DNA from: an uncultured Thiothrix sp.
Lineage (GTDB): Bacteria; Pseudomonadota; Gammaproteobacteria; Poriferisulfidales; GCA-002705445
Reading direction: 5' to 3'
NCBI GenBank assembly: GCA_902559815.1
Contig: CACEJE010000003.1
Span: 2,520-66,519 of the forward strand
Length of the DNA: 64,000 nucleotides
Positions 9,126 through 19,310 of the stretch are shown piece by piece. Within the stretch, counting starts at the first letter, position 1. Every line of letters begins with the position of its first letter. A program made the translations under genes and the position numbers. The notes under the pieces were generated by a model that worked only from the letters and a program-made list of their open reading frames with translations, searched no databases and was not told the DNA's origin.

Positions 9126-10003
9126 CTTGTTAATAAAATTAAGTATCTGTCTGAAATTAAAAAACCAAATAAAGCTGACAAATATATAATTGAATAATTA
9201 AATATTTTATTAGCTAAATCATTATTTTTTGATAATTGCATTTTAATAACATAGTAAAGAAATATCATATTTAATATAAAAGCACCTACTAAATAAAATA
9301 CACTTGAAAACTTTATAATAAAAGGTGTAAAACTTACAATAGTTAACATTAATGTATATAGTGTTATGTGCACTCTAGTATATTGCTCACCGTGAGTAAC
9401 TGGCAGCATTGGAATTTTAGCTGCAAAATATTCCTTTTTTCTATGTAATGCTAATGCCCAAAAATGTGGTGGCGTCCACATAAAAATAATTAAAAACAAA
9501 ATAATTGAAATTAAGTCAATTTGTCCGGTTACAGCGGTCCACCCTAGAAGGGGTGGTGTTGCGCCTGCCGCTCCTCCTATAACAATATTTTGTGGAGTTG
9601 CTCTTTTTAAATATAGTGTATAAACAAAAGCATACCCAACAAGAGATAAAAAAGTTAGCCAGGCTGTTAACTTATTAATATAAAAATACAAAACAAAGAA
9701 TCCTATGATAGCCATTAAAGTTGAATAAATTGCAACATTTTTTGGCTCAAGTACACCTGATACTAATGGCCTACCTTTTGTTCTGGACATTATTTTATCA
9801 ATTTTTTGATCTAACAATTGATTAATAGAGCCAGCAGAAAGCGACATTAATGCAATTCCAAGATTTCCTAAAATTAGTATTTTCAAATTAAGATTTAATG
9901 GATTTGCTAATAGCATTCCAATAAAAGAAGTAAAAATCATCAATAGTACAACTCTTGGTTTTGATGATTCAAGATAAGCTCTACATATACGATAACTAAA
10001 CAT
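9122..10003 (-). CDS. cyoE: Protoheme IX farnesyltransferase (heme O synthase)
   Basis: UbiA-family polytopic protein with 'LLDQKIDKIMSRTKGRPL' and 'TPPHFWALAL'. It is the last gene of the oxidase assembly cluster. Confidence 0.9.
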   Translation of the reverse strand: MFSYRICRAYLESSKPRVVLLMIFTSFIGMLLANPLNLNLKILILGNLGIALMSLSAGSINQLLDQKIDKIMSRTKGRPLVSGVLEPKNVAIYSTLMAIIGFFVLYFYINKLTAWLTFLSLVGYAFVYTLYLKRATPQNIVIGGAAGATPPLLGWTAVTGQIDLISIILFLIIFMWTPPHFWALALHRKKEYFAAKIPMLPVTHGEQYTRVHITLYTLMLTIVSFTPFIIKFSSVFYLVGAFILNMIFLYYVIKMQLSKNNDLANKIFNYSIIYLSALFGFLISDRYLILLTS

Positions 10004-10014
10004 AAAAGATTACC

Positions 10015-11047
10015 TTAAATATTTTTTTTAGTTGTGTAAATAAAATATAACTGTGTAACTAAACATATCAAAAGTAGTGCTGCATTACCATTATGTGCAA
10101 CAGCAATATAAATAGGCAAACTCATTTTTACATTCAAAACACCTAATAATATTTGAAAAAATAATAACAAAACTAATATTAAAGAGAGAAATTTTTGATA
10201 TGGAACTTTTAATAATTTATAAGATTTAAAAGCCAAAATAATAATTATTAAACCAGCGAATATAGCCCATATTCTATGTGTAAAATGAATAGCAACCCTT
10301 GCTGGACTATCAAGCCTTCCAAATTCGTAATTAAGATTAGTAGCCAATTCTACAAAAAAAGCATTATAAAAATCCATTTGCGGCCACCATGATGCATTAC
10401 ATTTTGGGAAATCTACACAAGCTAAAGCTGCATAGTTAGTGCTTGTCCATCCACCAAGCATGATTTGCATAATTAAAAAAAAACAGAGTTACATAAGATA
10501 GTATAGATAAACTCTTAATTTCTTTTTTTGATATTTTCGTCTTACTATAAAAACTATTTTTTTCAAAAAAACTATTTTTATTATATCTTAAGAATAAAAG
10601 CCACAGTAAAGATATGATTGTTAATCCACCAACTAGGTGAAACATAACAATTACAGGTTGAAGCTTTAAAGTAACTGTGAACATTCCAAGAGCAGCTTGA
10701 AAGATTACAAATAAAGATATAAAAAAAGAAAGCTTGAATAAACTATATGAACTTTTTTTATAAAAGATGAAAGATATAATAAAAATAAATATTCCTAAAA
10801 ATCCAGCAAGATATCTATGAATCATCTCTTTCCAGGCTTTCATTATATCTACTTTTGAGCCCTCATAGATTGATTCTGCGGCTATAATTTCTAATGAGTT
10901 ATCTGGAACGCCTACTAAATAACCATAACATCCAGGCCAATCTGGGCATCCTAGTCCGGCATGAGATAATCTTACATAAGCTCCCAATGTAATAACACAT
11001 AAAGTTATTGTTATAACAAATAATAAATAATAGTTAATTTTATCCAT
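10015..11047 (-). pseudogene. ctaA: Heme A synthase (COX15/CtaA), reading frame broken by one extra base in a homopolymer
   Basis: ORF 10436-11047 encodes the N-terminal half ('GLGCPDWPGCYG'), and ORF 10015-10470 encodes the C-terminal half. The frames switch inside a 9-nt A run (10475-10483 on +). Deleting one base gives a continuous '...YVTLFFLIMQIMLGGWTS...'. Confidence 0.85.
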
Positions 11048-11108
11048 ACGCTATCCTATCCTTGAAATTTTTAAGATTTTTTTTATATCTTTTTTTAGAC
11101 CTTTAGCG

Positions 11109-11624
11109 TCAAAATCTTTGTCGTAATACATAAAAAATGTTTCCTAATGGGTCAATAATATATAAATGATTTTTTTTAATCTTTTTAAAAAAATCTTTTT
11201 CAATAATTTCTAAAAATTTTATTTTATTATATTTTTCTAAAATTTCTTTATTATCACTTCCATTAAAATCTTTTTTAACAATAAGTAAATTAGAGACTCG
11301 TTGTTTTTCTCTACCAAGTGACTCTCTAACCTGCTGCATCATATACAATGTTGCTTCGCAAATTAAATCACAAGATTCATTGTCGTAAATATACATAAAA
11401 GTCCATTTTTTATTTTTAAGAATATTATTAAAATCTTCAGATTTTGTAATTGTTATAACAGGATTTATCAAATTACCAGATGATTTTGGAGGTGCAATTG
11501 GCATTAAATCACTATATTTATACATAATTGTTGCAAGCAGCAAAGGACCAACAAATGATAAAACTATTAATAAAAAATATAATCTAGTTTTAATTAAAGA
11601 AAAATAATCTGTTTTATCACTCAT
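11109..11624 (-). CDS. SCO1/SenC-like thioredoxin-fold membrane protein (putative oxidase copper-site assembly factor)
   Basis: N-terminal TM anchor and a CxxxC motif in 'DNESCDLICEATL', in a Sco-like context. It sits between surf1 and ctaA. The assignment rests on motif and position only. Confidence 0.45.
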   Translation of the reverse strand: MSDKTDYFSLIKTRLYFLLIVLSFVGPLLLATIMYKYSDLMPIAPPKSSGNLINPVITITKSEDFNNILKNKKWTFMYIYDNESCDLICEATLYMMQQVRESLGREKQRVSNLLIVKKDFNGSDNKEILEKYNKIKFLEIIEKDFFKKIKKNHLYIIDPLGNIFYVLRQRF

Positions 11625-12345
11625 CTTTTTTTCTCACATAAAAAATTATTCCTAGTATAAATAATGCTATAGCCATACTAAACCACTGAAATGCATAACC
11701 TAAGTGCTTACTGCTCTTCATAAAAATAATTTGCCAATCTCTTGAAAATCCAAATATATTTTCCTTGCTTAATCTAAAAGTAACTCCTGCTACAAAAGAA
11801 TCTATATTTGACAGGGTCTTTTTTATTTCATTAAAATTAATAGCTTGAATAACTCTCGGCCATTTATCATTAGTGTATATTTTACCAATAGTATAACTCT
11901 CTTCCTTTGGATAAATATACCCGTTAATTTCTTGTACATTTTCTGATATTTTTTGATCATTAAGATATTGGTAGTTTACTTCTATATCCTGTCTCTGCCC
12001 TATCATAGGGATCCAACCTCTATCTACTAAAATTATTTCATTGGTATTTAAAATTCTGAATGGACTAATAACATTAAAACCTGGTTTTTTATCTTTTATC
12101 TTATTATCAATTAAAAAAGTTTTATTAATATACTTGCCTTTTAAAATATAATTTCTATAAAAAGTTTCTTCAATATTATTTTGTAAAGAAGAATCTAATT
12201 TTACTTGAGGTAACAATTGTCTATTTTCATATAAATTAATAATATTCTCTTTTTCATTAGCGCGGTCTAGTTGCCAGAATCCTAGAAATAAAAATAGAGA
12301 TATACATGAGACAAAAATGATGCTAGAAAGTAATTTAAGTTTCAT
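11617..12345 (-). CDS. surf1: SURF1-family cytochrome oxidase biogenesis protein
   Basis: 'GFWQLDRANEKE', 'VDRGWIP', and a C-terminal TM segment 'YAFQWFSMAIALF'. Confidence 0.85.
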   Translation of the reverse strand: MKLKLLSSIIFVSCISLFLFLGFWQLDRANEKENIINLYENRQLLPQVKLDSSLQNNIEETFYRNYILKGKYINKTFLIDNKIKDKKPGFNVISPFRILNTNEIILVDRGWIPMIGQRQDIEVNYQYLNDQKISENVQEINGYIYPKEESYTIGKIYTNDKWPRVIQAINFNEIKKTLSNIDSFVAGVTFRLSKENIFGFSRDWQIIFMKSSKHLGYAFQWFSMAIALFILGIIFYVRKKDE

Positions 12346-12359
12346 AAGATAATACTTTA

Positions 12360-12566
12360 ATGTTTAAAATAATATTTATAATTTTGTTTTCATTAATCAT
12401 AATAAGTTTATTTAGCTCATTATTTTTTTTGGTAAAAGACAAGAGTAACAAAAAAAGGGTTGTTAATGCACTCAAAATAAGAATAGGGCTATCAGTTCTA
12501 TTATTTATAATACTAATAATTATGTACTATAATGGACAGATTCATCCTCATGGTATAGCCCAATAA
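12360..12566 (+). CDS. Twin-transmembrane-helix small protein (DUF2909-like)
   Basis: 68 aa with two TM helices separated by a basic loop ('KDKSNKKRVVNALKIRIG'). It occupies the coxC/surf1 position that such a small protein occupies in other gammaproteobacterial cox clusters. Confidence 0.6.
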   Translation: MFKIIFIILFSLIIISLFSSLFFLVKDKSNKKRVVNALKIRIGLSVLLFIILIIMYYNGQIHPHGIAQ

Positions 12567-13436
12567 CTATATCCAATATACAAATATAAATAATCCTAAC
12601 CAAACAACGTCAACAAAATGCCAGTACCAAGCTACTGCTTCAAAAGCAAAATGGTTTTTTGGATTAAAATGACCGTAAATACATCTACCCAAAATTACAA
12701 TTAGCATAATAGTACCAATTGTTACATGAAAGCCATGGAAGCCAGTTAACATGAAAAAAGTTGATCCGTAAATTCCACTTCCTAAATTAAGATTTAAATC
12801 ATTAAACGCATGTCCGTACTCTAAACCTTGAAAATACATAAATAATATACCGAGAGCTACAGTTAAGCCTAAACCAATAATTAATTGCATTCTTTTCATT
12901 TCTTTTAGCGCATGATGTGCCCAAGTTAATGTAACGCCACTAGTTAGCAAAATTGCTGTATTAATGGCAGGTAAACCCCAAGCACCCATAACTTGGAAAT
13001 CTCCTCCTATCTCTCCTGGTCCATTCGCTGTTGAAGGCCAATTAGCCTCGTATTCTGGCCATAAAAAAGTATTTGTCGCTAAACCAGCTCCTTCGCCACC
13101 TAGCCAGGGTAGTGAATATGCTCTCACATAATACAAAGCACCAAAAAAAGCTGCGAAAAACATGACCTCAGAAAAGATAAACCATATCATTCCCCATCTA
13201 AAAGACGTATCAACTTGAGTGTCATAAACTCCATTTTCGCTCTCAGATATTACTGTATTAAACCAACCAACAATCATAAATACTATTAAAGCTAAACCAA
13301 TAAATAAAACATATTTACCAAAGTTATTACCATTTAATAATGTTGATCCTCCAACCATAGCAGTACATACGGCAATAGATGCAATGATTGGCCATTTACT
13401 TCCATTTGGTATGTAGTAACTTCCTGATTCTGACAT
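12567..13436 (-). CDS. ctaE: Cytochrome c oxidase subunit III
   Basis: Seven-TM protein with 'TGFHGFHVTIG' and 'AVAWYWHFVDVVWLGLF'. Confidence 0.92.
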   Translation of the reverse strand: MSESGSYYIPNGSKWPIIASIAVCTAMVGGSTLLNGNNFGKYVLFIGLALIVFMIVGWFNTVISESENGVYDTQVDTSFRWGMIWFIFSEVMFFAAFFGALYYVRAYSLPWLGGEGAGLATNTFLWPEYEANWPSTANGPGEIGGDFQVMGAWGLPAINTAILLTSGVTLTWAHHALKEMKRMQLIIGLGLTVALGILFMYFQGLEYGHAFNDLNLNLGSGIYGSTFFMLTGFHGFHVTIGTIMLIVILGRCIYGHFNPKNHFAFEAVAWYWHFVDVVWLGLFIFVYWI

Positions 13437-13460
13437 TTTAATATCCCCTATTATTTAATT

Positions 13461-14009
13461 TTAATCTTTTTTCGATACTTTAGCAGATTCAAAAAATGAA
13501 TATGACAAAGTAAGAGTTTTAATTCTATTTGGCAGTTTTTCATCAACAGCAAAATATATAGGAAGTTTTACAACTTCTCCAGGTTTAAACTGCTGTTCCT
13601 CAAAACAAAAACACTCAATTTTTTTTAAATATTTGGATGCTTCATTTGGAGAAACACTAGGTACTGCTTGTCCAGTTATTATGGATTTGGATTTATTTGT
13701 AGCAACATAATATGTGCTATATATTTTTCCAGGAACTACTTCAATCTGAAATTCTGAAGGCTTAAACTCTAAATTTTGCTTGTTAACTTCATGAGATATA
13801 AACTGAACATTTAGCTTTTCAAAATTTATATTGCTAACATTAAGATTAATGTCGCTCTTTTCTTTTAAATTAGAAGTATTACCATTTAAACCAGTGACAT
13901 CACATATCACATTATAAAGTGGTATTAATGCAAAGGAGAACAAAAACATAGAAAAACAAATAAAAATAAGTTTTTTTGCTGTTTTAATATTTACTTTTTT
14001 CTCAATCAT
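13461..14009 (-). CDS. ctaG: Cytochrome c oxidase assembly protein CtaG/Cox11
   Basis: N-terminal TM anchor and the copper-binding motif 'ECFCFEEQ'. Confidence 0.9.
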   Translation of the reverse strand: MIEKKVNIKTAKKLIFICFSMFLFSFALIPLYNVICDVTGLNGNTSNLKEKSDINLNVSNINFEKLNVQFISHEVNKQNLEFKPSEFQIEVVPGKIYSTYYVATNKSKSIITGQAVPSVSPNEASKYLKKIECFCFEEQQFKPGEVVKLPIYFAVDEKLPNRIKTLTLSYSFFESAKVSKKD

Positions 14010-14013
14010 ATAT

Positions 14014-14112
14014 CTACCTGTATAACATAATTAAATAAAAGCTAACGTAAATAACCAATGCAATTACAACCAATGATATTGCTGTCACTTTTACTTTATT
14101 TTTTGTTTCCAA
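14014..14112 (-). CDS. Candidate 32-aa single-TM peptide between ctaD and ctaG (cytochrome oxidase small assembly protein-like)
   Basis: Translated by hand as (M)ETKNKVKVTAISLVVIALVIYVSFYLIMLYR. It has a TTG start with an in-frame TAA just upstream, and AAGAGG lies 5 nt upstream. The stop is 4 nt before the ctaG ATG. Confidence 0.35.
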   Translation of the reverse strand: METKNKVKVTAISLVVIALVIYVSFYLIMLYR

Positions 14113-14141
14113 AAAAACCTCTTAATTTTTATTTACAATTC

Positions 14142-15713
14142 CTACTTTATTGCAGGTGGTGTGTTAAAGGAATGGTACGGCGGTGGAGAAGATAAAGTCC
14201 ATTCTAAGCCTTCAGCGCCCTCCCAAACCTGATCTGTCGCTTTTTTACCACCTTTAATTGTTTTAATTATTAAATATAAAAATATTAGTTGAGCAAATCC
14301 AAAACCAAAAGCTCCAATACTTGCAATCATATTATAATCAGCAAACTGCAGTGAATAATCAGGTATTCTTCTTGGCATTCCAGCTAAACCAACAAAATGC
14401 ATTGGAAAAAATGTTAAATTAACAAAAAAAGTTGAAAGCCAAAAATGTATCTTGCCTAACGTCTCTGGATACATATTACCTGTCCATTTTGGTAACCAAA
14501 AATAACACGCAGCCATTATTGCAAATATTGATCCTGGAACTAAAACATAATGAAAATGCGCAACTACGAAATATGTATCATGGTATTGAAAATCAGCAGG
14601 TGTTATGGCTAACATTAACCCTGAAAATCCACCAATTGTAAACATTATAATAAAACCTATTGCAAATAACATTGGGGTTTCGAAAGTCATTGCACCTTTC
14701 CACATAGTCGTTACCCAATTAAAAACTTTTACTCCTGTAGGAACAGCTATTAACATGGTTGCAAACATAAAAAATACTTCACCAGCTAATGGCATACCTA
14801 CAGTAAACATATGATGTGCCCATACTATGAAAGATAAAAATGCAATTGATGCTGTAGCATAAACCATAGAGCTATAACCAAATAATGGTTTTCGTGCAAA
14901 AGTTGGGATGATAGCTGATACAACACCAAACGACGGAAGAATTAAAATATATACTTCTGGGTGTCCAAAAAACCAAAAAATATGTTGAAACATAACTGGA
15001 TCACCACCACCAGCTGCGTTAAAGAAGCTAGTTCCAAAGAACTTATCTGTAAGTAACATTGTTACGCCGCCAGCTAAAACAGGCATAACTGCTATTAATA
15101 AAAACGCCGTGATCAACCAAGTCCAAACAAATAAAGGCATTTTCATTAGTGTCATACCAGGAGCTCTCATATTTAATATTGTTGCAACAACATTTATTGC
15201 TCCCATAATAGAAGAAAGTCCCATAAAGTGAATCGCAAAAATTAAAAATGGAAATGCATCACCGGTCTGTAGACTTAAAGGTGGATATAAAGTCCAACCA
15301 CCTGCAGGAGCTCCTCCATCCATCCATAAAGTTGAAAGGAGCATCGAAAAAGCAAACGGTAAAATCCAGAAGCTCCAGTTATTCATTCTTGGTAGAGCCA
15401 TATCCGGGCCACCAATCATAATTGGTATCATCCAATTCGCTAAACCAGTAAATGCTGGCATTACAACCCCAAATATCATGACTAAGGCATGCATTGTCGT
15501 CATAGAATTAAAAAACTGTGGATCAACAAACTGAAGACCTGGCTGAAAGAGTTCAGATCTAATTACTAATGCCATCAATCCACCAATAAAAAACATTATC
15601 ATTGCAAACCAAAGATAAAGTGTTCCAATATCTTTATGGTTTGTAGTTGTAATCCATCTCATAATTCCTGATGGATGCTCTTCATGATGTGTATCGTTTA
15701 CAACCGAACTCAT
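14142..15713 (-). CDS. ctaD: Cytochrome c oxidase subunit I (aa3-type)
   Basis: 'FGHPEVYILILP', 'WAHHMFTVG' and 'VVAHFHYVLV' heme/CuB ligand motifs, in a 12-TM protein. Confidence 0.97.
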   Translation of the reverse strand: MSSVVNDTHHEEHPSGIMRWITTTNHKDIGTLYLWFAMIMFFIGGLMALVIRSELFQPGLQFVDPQFFNSMTTMHALVMIFGVVMPAFTGLANWMIPIMIGGPDMALPRMNNWSFWILPFAFSMLLSTLWMDGGAPAGGWTLYPPLSLQTGDAFPFLIFAIHFMGLSSIMGAINVVATILNMRAPGMTLMKMPLFVWTWLITAFLLIAVMPVLAGGVTMLLTDKFFGTSFFNAAGGGDPVMFQHIFWFFGHPEVYILILPSFGVVSAIIPTFARKPLFGYSSMVYATASIAFLSFIVWAHHMFTVGMPLAGEVFFMFATMLIAVPTGVKVFNWVTTMWKGAMTFETPMLFAIGFIIMFTIGGFSGLMLAITPADFQYHDTYFVVAHFHYVLVPGSIFAIMAACYFWLPKWTGNMYPETLGKIHFWLSTFFVNLTFFPMHFVGLAGMPRRIPDYSLQFADYNMIASIGAFGFGFAQLIFLYLIIKTIKGGKKATDQVWEGAEGLEWTLSSPPPYHSFNTPPAIK

Positions 15714-15724
15714 ATTTTTCTCCC

Positions 15725-16528
15725 TTATTTATTTACTTTAGCTACTCCAGATATTTTAGCTTCACTAGCCGTAATCCATTCTTCATATTCATCTTCATCT
15801 ACTGCTTTAATAACGATAGGCATAAAACCATGATGTCTTCCACATAATTCAGCACATCTTCCTCGATAAATTCCAGGCTCATTTATAACTACTGACATTT
15901 CGTTAATATATCCAGGAATGGCATCTTTTTTTAAGGCAAGATCTGGGACCCACCACGCATGAAGTACGTCATTTGATGTTAACAAAAATCTAATTTTTTT
16001 ATTTACTGGGACAATTAATTGATTATCAACTTCTTGTAAATAATTTATATTCTTTTCTTGTTTATTATATATTTCATTATATGGTGTAGAAAGTTTGCTA
16101 TAAAATGAAACATTAGTATTTAAATACTCGTATTGCCACAACCATTGATAACCTGTAATTTTTATATGTATTTCCGAATCACTATGATCATACATCTTAA
16201 TTAATGTCTTAGTTGCAGGAATTGCCATTCCTATTAAAATCACAAATGGAACAACAGTCCACAAGAATTCTAAACTTGTGCTTTCGTGGAATTGAGCAGG
16301 AGTTACACCTCTTGATTTTCTATGCATAAATATTGACCAGAACATAGCACCAAAGACTATTACACCAATAACAACACAAATCCAAAGTATCAGCATATGA
16401 AGATCGAAAACTTCTTGGCTAATGTCGGTAACTCCTTCAGGCATATTTAAGTCTAACCAGCCTGCATTTGCTGTATTAATTAATAGAGCCGAAGTTATAA
16501 AAAACATTAAATTTTTTATTAAAAACAT
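15725..16528 (-). CDS. ctaC: Cytochrome c oxidase subunit II
   Basis: CuA site 'HAWWVPDL...CAELCGRHHGFMP' and two N-terminal TM helices. There is no CxxCH, so no fused cytochrome c domain. AAGGAG lies upstream of the ATG. Confidence 0.95.
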   Translation of the reverse strand: MFLIKNLMFFITSALLINTANAGWLDLNMPEGVTDISQEVFDLHMLILWICVVIGVIVFGAMFWSIFMHRKSRGVTPAQFHESTSLEFLWTVVPFVILIGMAIPATKTLIKMYDHSDSEIHIKITGYQWLWQYEYLNTNVSFYSKLSTPYNEIYNKQEKNINYLQEVDNQLIVPVNKKIRFLLTSNDVLHAWWVPDLALKKDAIPGYINEMSVVINEPGIYRGRCAELCGRHHGFMPIVIKAVDEDEYEEWITASEAKISGVAKVNK

Positions 16529-16547
16529 TATTTAGATACTCCTTGTA

Positions 16548-17018
16548 TTAAAATTGCTTTATATTTTCCTTTAACATTCCTGCTAATTTTATTCTTTCAT
16601 CATCTGTCAACAACGCGCCAATTTCCATTTCTCTACCAGCAGAACGAAGAAGAAGCTTATGAGGATAACCCTTTAATTGTGGCTTATTTAAAATAAATTT
16701 TGCCCAATATCTATTACAATCAAAAACTTTAGTATCTCTCATTTTTATTAGCGAAACTGATACCTTTTTTTCGTCAATTTTTACTATTTCACATTGTGAA
16801 TTCTTTAAATAACAATATGTAAGAGCTGACCCCAATAAAAGCATTTCTAAGCCTGTAAATGGAACAATCAACCACATTCCTGCCATTGCAAAAGATATAG
16901 CAATAAAGAAAGATACAAAAAAGAGCATGAAAAAAAATACCTTATTGCCTCGCCAAGATAATGAATTATTAGGCTTTATAATAAACTCTTTACACTCACC
17001 TTCTTTAAACTGAATCAT
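16548..17018 (-). CDS. DUF2244-like integral membrane protein upstream of coxB
   Basis: 'KPNNSLSWRGNKVFFFMLFFVSFFIAISFAMAGMWLIVPFTGLEMLLLG' is a two-TM hairpin architecture typical of DUF2244, and the gene position upstream of coxB is conserved. Confidence 0.55.
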   Translation of the reverse strand: MIQFKEGECKEFIIKPNNSLSWRGNKVFFFMLFFVSFFIAISFAMAGMWLIVPFTGLEMLLLGSALTYCYLKNSQCEIVKIDEKKVSVSLIKMRDTKVFDCNRYWAKFILNKPQLKGYPHKLLLRSAGREMEIGALLTDDERIKLAGMLKENIKQF

Positions 17019-17123
17019 ATTGCAAAAAACTGTTAAATTCGATGGCGGTAGTATACTAAATTAGGCTTTAATAATATAGTGTACAAAACAAAAAATCTGG
17101 AAAATTGTGGATTTTTTTAGCCT

Positions 17124-17918
17124 TTATTTTGTATACTTTATTATATTATCCATTTTCTTCCAGGCTGAACCATATATAACTTCATACGTTGCTGGCAAGC
17201 CCCCCGATTTCATTCTAAATTTTTCATATTCCGCATACATTAATTTCATTTTTCTAATCCCTTGTAATCCAACACTTTTCTTAGGTTCTTCTAATACTTT
17301 TGACCCAATATTCTTTAAATCTTTTTGTAACTTCGTCACATTCTCATATTCAATTATTATTTTTTCAGTATCTACAACAGTATCAATAAAATTTAAATTC
17401 AACATTAGATCGCCAATATCATGCATATCATAAAAATCATTTACATGTTTTCTATTATCTACATTGTGCCAGGCAGATCTTAATTCAATCAAAGTATCAG
17501 GGCCATATGTGGAAAATAAAAAGAGGCCTCCAGGCTTTAGAACCCTATATATTTCTTTAAAACTAGCATTTATATCTAAATCCCAATGCAAAGCTGATGA
17601 AGAAAAAACAAAGTCGAATGTATCTTCATTGAAGGGTATAGATTTAAAATTTGCGCAAACTGAAAATATATCTTTCGAATTAACAACGTGATTACTTAAT
17701 GAGCTAGAGCAAATATCTAACATAAAAAAATCTGTTTTTGAATATAATTTTATGAGATTTGATGTCCCTAAGCCAACACCTGAACCTACATCAAGTACTT
17801 TTCTTGGCGAGATATTAATGAAAGACAATCTTTCAATTAACCTACTCACAATTTCTTTTTGCACTATTGCGGAATTTATATATTTTGAACTTTTAAATTT
17901 TTTTTCCTTAGATTTCAT
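17124..17918 (-). CDS. bioC: Malonyl-ACP O-methyltransferase
   Basis: SAM motif 'VLDVGSGVGLGT' and 'LKPGGLFLFSTYG'. It is translationally coupled (ATGA) to bioH, and the ATG at 17918 is chosen for that reason. Confidence 0.8.
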   Translation of the reverse strand: MKSKEKKFKSSKYINSAIVQKEIVSRLIERLSFINISPRKVLDVGSGVGLGTSNLIKLYSKTDFFMLDICSSSLSNHVVNSKDIFSVCANFKSIPFNEDTFDFVFSSSALHWDLDINASFKEIYRVLKPGGLFLFSTYGPDTLIELRSAWHNVDNRKHVNDFYDMHDIGDLMLNLNFIDTVVDTEKIIIEYENVTKLQKDLKNIGSKVLEEPKKSVGLQGIRKMKLMYAEYEKFRMKSGGLPATYEVIYGSAWKKMDNIIKYTK

Positions 17919-18664
17919 AAAAACTCTTTGATAATTTTTAAAAAACATTCCTTATTTGTTAAAAAAGGTATATGTGAACTATTAGGTATTATTACTACAG
18001 AAGCATCTGGCCCTAAGTATCTTATTTTTTCCTTAATTATTGGTGGTGAAATTTCATCATTTTCACCATATATATACAAATTTTTTGATCCAATAAATTT
18101 ACAGTTTAAAAAATCTTTCTTCTCTAAAATGTCTAATGCATTTAATAAGCTAGTAATATTAATTTGCATAATTGGATGTAAATTTTTTTTTATCTCTTTA
18201 TATAAATTTTTTTTCGTTCTGTATTTTCCGAGAATTAGCAAATAAAAATTTTTAAAAGATTTTTTTATGTCATTTTTTAAATCAATTCTTAGTTGATTTA
18301 TTGTATTTTCATTAAAACCATTTTTCCAATCTTTTGTTTTTTTAAATTTTGGGTTGTAAGAAACATATATCATTTTAAAAGATCTATTATTTCTTAACCT
18401 CTCAATTTCCTTGCCTAAAAAACAACCAAGTGACCAAGAAACTACAAGATCGATATCATCGTGTTCATTTACTATTTTTTTTGCAGCAACAGTCAAATCT
18501 CCATTTGAATTATCAATATATTTATATAGATCTATACATATACAATTACACATTGGTATATTATTTTCTATAAAATCAACCCAAACTTGATTTGTGAATC
18601 CCCAACCATGAATAAATAGAATTTTTTTATATTTTTCTTCAATTTTATCTTTATAATTGGTCAT
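17915..18664 (-). CDS. bioH: Pimeloyl-ACP methyl ester carboxylesterase (alpha/beta hydrolase)
   Basis: 'ILFIHGWGFTNQVW' and the nucleophile elbow 'SWSLGC' resemble the E. coli BioH 'LLHGWGLNAEVW...GWSLGG' motifs. It lies directly upstream of bioC. Confidence 0.75.
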   Translation of the reverse strand: MTNYKDKIEEKYKKILFIHGWGFTNQVWVDFIENNIPMCNCICIDLYKYIDNSNGDLTVAAKKIVNEHDDIDLVVSWSLGCFLGKEIERLRNNRSFKMIYVSYNPKFKKTKDWKNGFNENTINQLRIDLKNDIKKSFKNFYLLILGKYRTKKNLYKEIKKNLHPIMQINITSLLNALDILEKKDFLNCKFIGSKNLYIYGENDEISPPIIKEKIRYLGPDASVVIIPNSSHIPFLTNKECFLKIIKEFL

Positions 18665-18707
18665 AACAAATTATAACTTTAATATATGCTGTAGAGGACA
18701 AAAATTG

Positions 18708-19310
18708 ATGAGTATTTTCTTTTCTTTTCTTATTCTAAGTATATTAAGTTATATCTTCGGCTCAATTAATAGCTCTATATTGTTATCAAAATTTTTTAAA
18801 TTACCGGATCCGAGGGGATATGGCTCAAGAAATCCAGGAGCAACTAATATTCTAAGATCGGGCAGCAAAATAATTGCTTTTATAACCTTAATGCTCGATA
18901 TCCTAAAAGGCTTTATAACAACTGCTGTAGCTATATATTGGTTCGAAGATATAATTTATGCCCAAATTATAGGTTGCATTACTGTTTTTGGCCATATATA
19001 CCCACTTTTTTATAAATTTAAAGGAGGTAAAGGTGTTGCAACAGCTCTTGGAGCTGTTCTTGGTTTTAATTTATTTCTAGGATTAATTTGTTTAATCACC
19101 TGGCTAATGACTGCATTATTGTTTAGGTACTCTGCTTTATCTGCTATAGTCACATTTACTTTTTTACCATTATATACATGGTTTAGTTTTGAAAGTTGGA
19201 CTATAACATCTATATATCTAGCTTTAACACTTGTAGTAATATATAAGCATAAAAATAACATTAAAAATTTATTAAATAACGAAGAAACAAAGATTGGCGA
19301 AAAAAACTAA
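18708..19310 (+). CDS. plsY: Glycerol-3-phosphate acyltransferase PlsY
   Basis: 'GSINSSIL' and '[14 protein letters not shown]' motifs in a polytopic membrane protein. ATG at 18708 (MSIFF) is preferred over the track start. Confidence 0.9.
   Translation: MSIFFSFLILSILSYIFGSINSSILLSKFFKLPDPRGYGSRNPGATNILRSGSKIIAFITLMLDILKGFITTAVAIYWFEDIIYAQIIGCITVFGHIYPLFYKFKGGKGVATALGAVLGFNLFLGLICLITWLMTALLFRYSALSAIVTFTFLPLYTWFSFESWTITSIYLALTLVVIYKHKNNIKNLLNNEETKIGEKN

Noticed and set aside
10470-10490. Programmed ribosomal frameshifting or phase variation as the explanation for the ctaA break, and likewise for dsbD at 42861-42875.
   Set aside because: I saw no stimulatory structure or conserved slippery heptamer context. 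Both lesions are simple one-base excesses in A/T runs in housekeeping genes that have no reason to phase-vary. A sequencing or assembly artefact is the simpler explanation, though this is unproven without reads.
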